A program made the position numbers and the translations under genes. A stretch of DNA of 64,000 bases, from positions 1-64,000 of the forward strand of contig CAWAMW010000016.1 of the NCBI GenBank assembly GCA_963783305.1, read 5' to 3'. Source of the stretch: an uncultured Gemmatimonadales bacterium. Its GTDB lineage: Bacteria > Gemmatimonadota > Gemmatimonadetes > Longimicrobiales > RSA9. Positions 57,170 to 64,000 of this stretch are shown in pieces (the stretch's first letter is position 1; each line of letters opens with the position of its first letter). The notes under the pieces are model-generated. The model ran no database searches, was not told the origin of the DNA, and saw nothing but the letters and a program-made list of their open reading frames with translations.

Positions 57170-58804
57170 ATGCTCCAGATCCGCAACAGCGCAGCGCTGG
57201 CTCTGCTCGTCCTCGCCGGGGGGTGCTCCCACGAGCCGCCCGCGGCGTCCACACCTGCGCCCGCGCCGGCAGCCGCGCCGGCACCCGCGGCAGCCGCGCC
57301 ATTCGCGCTGGAGGAGGTGACGGTGGCGGAGCTCGGGTCGGCCATGGAGTCGGGGCGGCTGACGTCGCGGGACATCGTGGAGGCGTACCTGGCGCGGATC
57401 GACGCGCTGGACCGCCGGGGCCCGGAGCTCCGGGCGATGCTGGACCTGAACCCGGACGCGCTGATGATCGCGGACTCGCTGGACGCGGAGCGCCGAGCGG
57501 GTCGGGTGCGGGGACCGATGCACGGGATCCCGGTGGTGGTGAAGGACAACGTTGCCACGGCGGACGGCATGACCACGACGGCGGGCGCGCTGGCGCTCGA
57601 GGGTTCGATCGCGCCGCGGGACGCCTTCATCGTGGAGCGGCTCCGAGCGGAGGGCGCGGTGATCCTGGGGAAGACGAACCTCAGCGAGTGGGCGAACTTC
57701 CGGTCGACGATGTCGTCGAGCGGCTGGAGCGGTCGCGGCGGGCAGGTGCGGAACCCGTACGCGCTGGACCGGTCGCCGTGCGGGTCGAGCTCGGGGTCGG
57801 CGGTGGCCGTGGCGGCGAACCTGGCGCCGGTGTCGGTCGGTACGGAGACAGACGGCTCGATCGTCTGCCCGGCTTCGGTGAACGGGCTGGTGGGTGTAAA
57901 GCCGACGATCGGGCTGGTGAGCCGCTCGGGGATCATCCCCATCGCCCACAGCCAGGACATCGCCGGCCCGCTGGCCCGTACTGTCACCGACGCGGCGACG
58001 CTGCTGAACGCGCTGGTGGGGGAGGATCCTCGGGATGTGAGCACCCGGGGCGTACGGCCGGCGGAGGACTACCGGAGGTTCCTGGACGACATGGCGCTGC
58101 GGGGCGCCCGGATCGGCGTGATCCGCGAGGGTTTCACGGGCTACCACGAGCCCACCGACCGGCTGCTGGAAGCAGCGCTGGACGACCTGCGGGCCGAGGG
58201 CGCGACGGTGGTGGATTCGCTGTCGCTGTCACACCAGAACGAGTACGGCGATGCCGAGTGGACCATCCTGCTGTACGAGTTCAGGCACGACCTGAACGAG
58301 TACCTGGCCGCACTCGGGCCGGACGCGCCCGTGCGGTCGCTGGCGGACGTCATCGCCTACAACCAGCGGGAGCGCGCGCGCTCCATGCCGTACTTCGAGC
58401 AGGAGATCCTGGAGCTGGCGGAGGGGAAGGGCGGGCTGGAGGAGCCGGAGTACCTGGAGGCGCTGGAGCAGGCGAAGCTGGCAGCGGCGGGAATCGACTC
58501 CATCATGCGACTGCACTCCCTCGACGCGCTCGTGGCGCCCACCACCTCACCGGCGTGGGCCATCGACCTGGTGACTGGCGACCACTTCCTGGGCGCCAGC
58601 TCCTCACCCGCGGCGGTGGCGGGCTATCCGAACATCACGGTGCCCATGGGCGACGTGCTCGGACTGCCTGTGGGCCTCTCCTTCTTCGGGCGCGCGTGGA
58701 GTGAGGGCACCCTCCTCGGGATCGCCTACGACTACGAGCAGGCGACGAAGCACCGGCGGCCGCCGACGTTCCGGCCCACCGCCACGCCGTTCGCGCCGCG
58801 GTAG
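57170..58804 (+). CDS. Amidase-signature family lipoprotein
   Basis: Lipobox AGGC; VVVKDN, GKTNLSEWANFRS, GSSSGS, ETDGSIVCP (Ser-cisSer-Lys triad). Confidence 0.93.
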   Translation: MLQIRNSAALALLVLAGGCSHEPPAASTPAPAPAAAPAPAAAAPFALEEVTVAELGSAMESGRLTSRDIVEAYLARIDALDRRGPELRAMLDLNPDALMIADSLDAERRAGRVRGPMHGIPVVVKDNVATADGMTTTAGALALEGSIAPRDAFIVERLRAEGAVILGKTNLSEWANFRSTMSSSGWSGRGGQVRNPYALDRSPCGSSSGSAVAVAANLAPVSVGTETDGSIVCPASVNGLVGVKPTIGLVSRSGIIPIAHSQDIAGPLARTVTDAATLLNALVGEDPRDVSTRGVRPAEDYRRFLDDMALRGARIGVIREGFTGYHEPTDRLLEAALDDLRAEGATVVDSLSLSHQNEYGDAEWTILLYEFRHDLNEYLAALGPDAPVRSLADVIAYNQRERARSMPYFEQEILELAEGKGGLEEPEYLEALEQAKLAAAGIDSIMRLHSLDALVAPTTSPAWAIDLVTGDHFLGASSSPAAVAGYPNITVPMGDVLGLPVGLSFFGRAWSEGTLLGIAYDYEQATKHRRPPTFRPTATPFAPR

Positions 58805-58879
58805 CGAACGGTCGCTGCGCTCCCTAGCGAACGGTCGCTGCGCTCCCTAGCGAACGGTCGCTGCGCTCCCTAGCGAACG
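58802..58879. repeat. 23-bp tandem repeat x3.4
   Basis: TAGCGAACGGTCGCTGCGCTCCC at 58802, 58825, 58848, plus a partial copy at 58871. Confidence 0.95.
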
Positions 58880-59130
58880 CTTCGGCCTTCGGCCTCGCTA
58901 TCGAGCTGCTCGAGGGCCAGGTCGCGGGTGCCGTCCTCGGCCATGGCGATCGCCATGGCGTGCCGGGAGAATGCGCGATCGCCTCGCCGGAGGCCGTCAA
59001 GGATCCGGCGCCAGAGGCCCCTCGCCGGCCGCTCGCCGGAGCCAGGGCGCGGATCGCCGGGACCACCGCCCGGGTGGGCGTGGCGGTCGGCGTTCGGCTT
59101 CTCTCGCGACGACTCGTGTGGACCTGGCAA
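58870..59130 (-). CDS. Small hypothetical protein (MAIAMAEDG motif)
   Basis: GGGAG RBS with TTG start; helical core similar to the N-terminal motif of the nearby response regulator. Confidence 0.5.
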   Translation of the reverse strand: MPGPHESSREKPNADRHAHPGGGPGDPRPGSGERPARGLWRRILDGLRRGDRAFSRHAMAIAMAEDGTRDLALEQLDSEAEGRSVR

Positions 59131-59331
59131 CGTGACTCCCTACGGCGGCTGAACTGGCGCGTGTACGCGCCCCAAGTCTCCACGCAATCGCCGTACGAGT
59201 CAAGCGCCCCGGCCGCTGCGGCGGACAACCCGACGGGGGGCCTGCGGGACGGGGCGCGGAATCCCTCACCGGGGGTTAAACTGTTCGGTGCCGGAGTGAG
59301 CGGCCACAAACGAACCGACGAGGGGATCGTG

Positions 59332-60513
59332 ATGGATACGAAGAGGCGGGGCATCAACAGCAAGCTGGTCCACGGGAGCTATCACCCGGACGGCACGGGC
59401 GCGGTGAACGTGCCGATCTACCAGAGCTCGACGTTCGAGTTCCGGGACGCGGCGCACGGTGCGGCGCTCTTCGCGGGTGAAGGGGACGGCTACATCTACA
59501 CGCGGCTGGGCAATCCGACGATCCGTGTGCTGGAAGAGACGGTGGCGGATCTGGAGGGCGGGGCGGGCGGCATCGCCACGAGCTCGGGGATGGGGGCGGT
59601 GAGCACGCTGTACATGGCGCTGCTCGGGGGGGACGCGCACCTGGTGAGCACGGCGTCGGTGTATGGTCCGAGCCGGGGCGTGATCGAGAAGCACTTTTCG
59701 CGCTTCGGGGTGCAGGCGTCGTTCGTGAACACGTCGGATCTGGCGAAGCTGGAATCGGCGATGCGGCCGGAAACGGAGCTGGTGTACGTGGAGTCGCCGT
59801 CGAACCCGACGATGCAGGTGACGGACATCGCGGGGGCGGCGGAGATCGCGCACGCGCACGGTGCGCTGCTGGCGGTGGACAACACGTTCGCGAGCCCGTA
59901 CCTGCAGCGGCCGCTGGAGCTGGGCGCGGACGTGGTGCTGCACTCGGTGACGAAGTTCATCAACGGTCACGCCGACGTGGTGGGCGGTCTGCTGGTGGCG
60001 AAGGACCCGGAGGTCGTGGGGCGGCTCAAGGACGTGATGGTGAGCCTCGGGTGCAACATGGACCCGCACCAGGCATTCCTGGTGATCCGGGGTCTGAAGA
60101 CGCTGGGGATCCGGATCGAGCGGGCGCAGGAGAGCGCGCTCGAGCTGGCCCGGTGGCTGGAGGCGCACCCGAAAGTGGAGTGGGTCCGGTACGTGGGGCT
60201 GCCATCGCACCCGCAGCACGAGCTGGCGGCGCGGCAGATGTCGGGGTTCGGGTCGATGATCGCGTTCGAGCTGAAGGGCGGCATGGCCGCGGGCCGCAAG
60301 CTCATGGACGCGGTGGAGCTGGCGACGCTGGCGGTGTCGCTGGGGGGAGTGGAGACACTCATCGAGCACCCGGCGTCCATGACCCACGCATCCATGGCGC
60401 GGGAGGCGCGGGAAGCGGCGGGATTCACCGACGGTCTGGTCCGCTACGCGGTGGGGATCGAGGACGTGGCGGACCTCATCGCCGACCTGGAGCGGGCGCT
60501 GGAGAAGGTCTAG
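59332..60513 (+). CDS. Cys/Met metabolism PLP enzyme (methionine gamma-lyase / cystathionine gamma-lyase family)
   Basis: PIYQSSTF, YTRLGNPT, ESPSNP, DNTF, HSVTKFINGHADV (PLP Lys), SLGGVETL. Confidence 0.93.
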   Translation: MDTKRRGINSKLVHGSYHPDGTGAVNVPIYQSSTFEFRDAAHGAALFAGEGDGYIYTRLGNPTIRVLEETVADLEGGAGGIATSSGMGAVSTLYMALLGGDAHLVSTASVYGPSRGVIEKHFSRFGVQASFVNTSDLAKLESAMRPETELVYVESPSNPTMQVTDIAGAAEIAHAHGALLAVDNTFASPYLQRPLELGADVVLHSVTKFINGHADVVGGLLVAKDPEVVGRLKDVMVSLGCNMDPHQAFLVIRGLKTLGIRIERAQESALELARWLEAHPKVEWVRYVGLPSHPQHELAARQMSGFGSMIAFELKGGMAAGRKLMDAVELATLAVSLGGVETLIEHPASMTHASMAREAREAAGFTDGLVRYAVGIEDVADLIADLERALEKV

Positions 60514-60519
60514 GAGGGT

Positions 60520-61245
60520 GTGATGACCGAGGGAGGTCGCGGCGCCCGGTCGGCGGCCGGGCCGTGGCCGGCGCGGACGCGCCTCACAGGGCGCGCTCTC
60601 CGCACTGCGCTGCGGGGGCTGCTGGCGGACGGTGAGCTGGCGGGTATCGGCGAGCTCGCGACCGGGGACCGGAGGGTGCTTCCGGGGCTGATCCCGCTGA
60701 CGTACGACTCGGATCCTGAGATCGCCCACCGCGCCGTGGAGGCCATGGGCGTCGTGGCGGACCGCACAGGGGACGGGGACCCGGAGACCGTGCGGGAGGC
60801 GCTGCGGCGCTTGAACTGGCTGATCACGGAGGAGTCGGGTGGCATCTGCTGGCGTGCGCCGGAAGCCATGGCGGAGATCGCGCGGCGGCGACCGGAGCGC
60901 TTCTCCGCGTACATCCGGATCGTGCTGAGCCTGCTCCGGGAAATGGCCGAGGAGGACCTGGCGCATTTCCGACCGGGCGTGCTGCGGGCGATCGGGCGGC
61001 TGGGTGGGCTGGGTGGCGAGGACCTGGAGGCGGCGATCCCGGCGGTCGTGGCGGCGTTGTCACATCCCGACCCGCAGACGCGGGGGATGGCGGTCTGGGC
61101 GCTGGTGGAAGTGGGGTGGGCAGGGGCGGTCCGGGATCGGGCGGAGCTTGCCGAGGATCAGGGTCCGGTCATGGTCTACGAGAACGGTGCGCTGCGCAGG
61201 ACGACCGTGGCGGAGCTCATCGCCGAAAGGGTGAAGACGCTTTAG
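60520..61245 (+). CDS. HEAT-repeat protein (DVU0298-like)
   Basis: RRLNWLITEESGGICWRAPE and HEAT-type LSHPDPQTRGMAVWAL; AGGAGG RBS. Confidence 0.75.
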   Translation: MMTEGGRGARSAAGPWPARTRLTGRALRTALRGLLADGELAGIGELATGDRRVLPGLIPLTYDSDPEIAHRAVEAMGVVADRTGDGDPETVREALRRLNWLITEESGGICWRAPEAMAEIARRRPERFSAYIRIVLSLLREMAEEDLAHFRPGVLRAIGRLGGLGGEDLEAAIPAVVAALSHPDPQTRGMAVWALVEVGWAGAVRDRAELAEDQGPVMVYENGALRRTTVAELIAERVKTL

Positions 61246-61246
61246 A

Positions 61247-62848
61247 TCACAGGCCGGGAACCGGGGCGCCGGTGACCGGTGCCCTGGTATCCCGGGGGAT
61301 CACGTCCTCGTCCTCGTCGTGTACGCGGGCGGGGACCTTGGCCACGGGGAGGGAGACGGTGAAGCGCGCCCCTTCGCCGGGCCGGCTCTCGGCCCGAAGG
61401 TCGCCTCCGTGCTGCTTGATGATGCCCAGCGAGACGCTCAGCCCCAGTCCCGTCCCCTTGCCGTGCTTCTTGGTGCTGAAGAACGGGTCGAAGATGCTGC
61501 CGAGCTGGTGGGGTGGGATGCCGGCCCCCGTGTCGGAGAAGGCGATCTCGACGAAGTTCCGGTCCGCCGACTTCTGGACGCTGATCGTGAGCACGCCGCC
61601 CGCGCCCATGGCGTCGAGGGCGTTCAGAACGAGGTTCAGGAACACCTGGGTCAGCTGCTGCCGGTCCCCGTGAACGGCGGGGAGGTTTTCTTCCACGTCC
61701 CCCTGGACCCGGACGCGAGCGAGCTTCACCTGGTTGCTGGCCAGCTGGAGCGTATCGGTGATGAGCTGCTCGACGTCCAGCGGCTGGAGATCGATATCGC
61801 TCTTGCGGGCGAAGTCCAGCAGGTTGCGCACAATGTCGCGGGCCCGCTCCGACTCGTGCACCATGTCCGCGACCATGTCGAGCCGCTCGGTGTCGTCGAG
61901 CTCGGCGTAATCCTCCTGCAGGCTTTCGGCGGTCAGCATGAGGTTGTTGACCGGGTTGTTCAGCTCGTGGGCGACTCCCGCCGTGAGAGTGCCGATGGCC
62001 TGCAGCTTGTGGGTCTGGACCAGCAGCTGCTGCCGCCGCACCAGCTCCCGCAGCATGTAATTGATGCCGGCGGCCAGCTCCGAGAACTCGTCGTGGTAGC
62101 GCCGCCGTGGGAATATGGGCGTCAGGTCCCCCTCGGCGATGCGCCGTGTGGAGAGCATGATGCGGTTCAGTGGCGCCAGGATCTGGCGAGCCACGAACGC
62201 CGCCAGGAGCACCATCAGCATGACGAGGGCGGCGAGGAACGCCAGGGCCATGCGCTGCGACGCCACCAGCATCCCCTGGACATCCCGACGCTCGCGGGTG
62301 GCGAGGTCCTCGGCCACGCTCACCATTTCCGCGCCGTGCACCCGCAGCTCCGACTCGATCGCGTCCGCTCGCGCCGCGTCCGCTCGCGCCGCGTCCTGGC
62401 CGCCCGAGGGCGTCTGGAGCTCCGAGAGCAGCTCCTCGTAACGGCGGACGTGACCCCGCATCGTGTGGACGGCGGCGAGGCCGATGACCGCCGCCATGTG
62501 CTCGCTCTCCTGCTCCAGGATGACCCGTGCGCCATGGACCACGGCGAGGGCATCGTTCAGATTGGTGCCATAGAGGAAGTAGTTCTTTTCGAATCTGCGC
62601 GCCTGCTGGATCTCGAACGTATAGCGGTCCACGGCCCCCAGGATGTGGAGCTTCTCCTGGACCCCCGTGACGAGGAGCACGGACGCCACCGTCACTGCGA
62701 GGCTCAGGACGAACCAGAGCACGAGTCCACCCGCGAGCCGTGCGCGGATCGACAACCGCGGGCGGGCCCGAAGAGCGCGTTGGGCCTCGGCGGCGGCCGC
62801 GTCCAGGGGTGCGCTGCCGCCGACCTCTGTAGAGCCCGGCGAGTTCAT
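61247..62848 (-). CDS. HAMP-domain sensor histidine kinase
   Basis: 2 TM helices; ARRFEKNYFLY; H box AHELNNP, N box, DTGAGI, FDPFFSTK, GTGLGL. Confidence 0.93.
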   Translation of the reverse strand: MNSPGSTEVGGSAPLDAAAAEAQRALRARPRLSIRARLAGGLVLWFVLSLAVTVASVLLVTGVQEKLHILGAVDRYTFEIQQARRFEKNYFLYGTNLNDALAVVHGARVILEQESEHMAAVIGLAAVHTMRGHVRRYEELLSELQTPSGGQDAARADAARADAIESELRVHGAEMVSVAEDLATRERRDVQGMLVASQRMALAFLAALVMLMVLLAAFVARQILAPLNRIMLSTRRIAEGDLTPIFPRRRYHDEFSELAAGINYMLRELVRRQQLLVQTHKLQAIGTLTAGVAHELNNPVNNLMLTAESLQEDYAELDDTERLDMVADMVHESERARDIVRNLLDFARKSDIDLQPLDVEQLITDTLQLASNQVKLARVRVQGDVEENLPAVHGDRQQLTQVFLNLVLNALDAMGAGGVLTISVQKSADRNFVEIAFSDTGAGIPPHQLGSIFDPFFSTKKHGKGTGLGLSVSLGIIKQHGGDLRAESRPGEGARFTVSLPVAKVPARVHDEDEDVIPRDTRAPVTGAPVPGL

Positions 62849-62855
62849 GTCGTCC

Positions 62856-63455
62856 TCAGCCGATGGCCTGGTGTCCCAGGGACAGGGCTGCCTTGTTGAT
62901 CACGGCTTTCAGGTCCCGGGGCTTGAACGGCTTGGAAATGAAGTCGAACGCCCCTTTCACCAGCGCCTCCCGCGCGACTTCCACCGTGGCGTAGCCGGTA
63001 ATGAGGATCACCCGTGTCCGCTCGCAATGGGCCATGACGTGCTCGAGGATCTGGATCCCGTCCAGCTCCTCCATCCGCAGGTCCGTCACGATGATGTCGA
63101 ACTCCTTCTCCGACAGCCGTGCCAGCGCCTCTGCGGGGCGCTCGAACACCTCCACGGCGAACCCGGACTTCTCCAGTGCCGGCTTCAACCGCTTGCCCAC
63201 GATGGGCTCATCGTCCAGGATCATCACGTTCAGGTCCCCGCCCACACGGCGGGGCGGTGCAATCGTCTCCATGTTCCCCTCCATTCGCTCGCCGGGGCCA
63301 AGCTCGCTTCGCACGATGCGAAGCCGGTCCAGCGCCAGCCTGGTCTTCCTTTCCACCTGCTCGCCCGTGACGCGGAACCCCTCCTGGTCCGCGTCGACCT
63401 CCGCAAACGAGATCCGGACCATCCAGTCGTCGATCTTCTTCTTCATGTCGGCCAT
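62856..63455 (-). CDS. Receiver-domain response regulator with N-terminal extension and no output domain
   Basis: ILDDE, TDLRM, ITG, KPF; GGGGTGAG RBS before ATG 63455. Confidence 0.85.
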   Translation of the reverse strand: MADMKKKIDDWMVRISFAEVDADQEGFRVTGEQVERKTRLALDRLRIVRSELGPGERMEGNMETIAPPRRVGGDLNVMILDDEPIVGKRLKPALEKSGFAVEVFERPAEALARLSEKEFDIIVTDLRMEELDGIQILEHVMAHCERTRVILITGYATVEVAREALVKGAFDFISKPFKPRDLKAVINKAALSLGHQAIG

Positions 63456-63487
63456 CTCACCCCCTTCTCCCGAGGGACGCCGCCGGA

Positions 63488-64000
63488 TCAGGCGGCCGTG
63501 CGGACCTGTGCCAGTCGGTGCTGCAGGCGCAGCCGCTGCAGGTACGAGCGGATTACATGGAACAGGATCAGCCCGCAGCCGGAGATTCCGGCCACGAACA
63601 GCATCACCTTGCTCGCCAGATTGAAGTAGGCGTCCCACGCCGGATCGAACGCGATCCATCCCAGCTGCCGCATGTACGCGGGCGCCGCGATGGCGCGACT
63701 CACAACGCACAGCAGGATCACCACCGCGGTCACCATCCGGATCAGCCGCTCCTTCACCACCTTCGTCCCGTACACCCCGATGTAGATCCCCACCAGCGAG
63801 CCGAGATAGAGCAGCATGGTGAGTCGGATGTCCACCATTCCCTGGAACGCGTAGTTCAGCGCCCCCCACGCGCCCATGAACATAGCCAGGTAGAGCTCCG
63901 TCCCCGCCGCCACGGCCGTGGGCACCCCGAAGACGTAGATCATCGCGGGCACGCCGATGAACCCCCCCACCCCGATGGTCCCCGCCAGGTACCCGGTGGC
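63488..64000 (-). CDS. TauE/SafE sulfite-exporter family membrane protein (5' end outside the window)
   Basis: GYLAGTIGVGGFIGVPAMIY..G.PT.VAAGTEL, GMVDIRL..L.GSLVG. Confidence 0.85.
   Translation of the reverse strand, partial: ATGYLAGTIGVGGFIGVPAMIYVFGVPTAVAAGTELYLAMFMGAWGALNYAFQGMVDIRLTMLLYLGSLVGIYIGVYGTKVVKERLIRMVTAVVILLCVVSRAIAAPAYMRQLGWIAFDPAWDAYFNLASKVMLFVAGISGCGLILFHVIRSYLQRLRLQHRLAQVRTAA

Noticed and set aside
58802..58879. Possible CRISPR array
   Set aside because: The units are directly adjacent with no unique spacers, and there are no cas genes in the window.
59140..59331. SAM riboswitch expected upstream of the Cys/Met enzyme
   Set aside because: No ATC..GAG...GGCAACC...GTGC core is visible.

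Overview
GC-rich (roughly 70%) bacterial chromosomal window, densely coding, with about 45 credible CDSs. The PadR/ADOP-permease pair, the tricorn-like S41, M61 and VPS10-like secreted proteins and the many lipoproteins suggest a Gemmatimonadota/Acidobacteriota-like organism (inference). Recognisable content: a GlxA-type AraC regulator with OsmC, a rimK cluster, a LuxR regulator with a flavin monooxygenase, a metal ABC-type uptake operon, cfa, an octaheme/heptaheme-cytochrome b/YeeE sulfur module, a ClC-CBS transporter, pyk, an amidase, a Cys/Met PLP enzyme and a TauE/two-component cluster. I found no rRNA, tRNA, CRISPR array or intact transposase. The five most interesting signals: (1) a leaderless RGPP-ending uORF whose last codons base-pair with the SD of the metal-uptake operon; (2) a DnaA-box cluster, then a sigma70 promoter, then a ~290-nt multi-hairpin candidate ncRNA with its own terminator; (3) a ~14-kb uncharacterised operon of exported proteins built around a Cys->Ser transglutaminase-like protein and a giant double-vWA lipoprotein; (4) a YeeE-rhodanese fusion with a SoxY-like C-terminal GCG tail; (5) a gapless 3x55-aa repeat protein downstream of pyk. 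All family assignments come from motif recognition by eye, not database searches.
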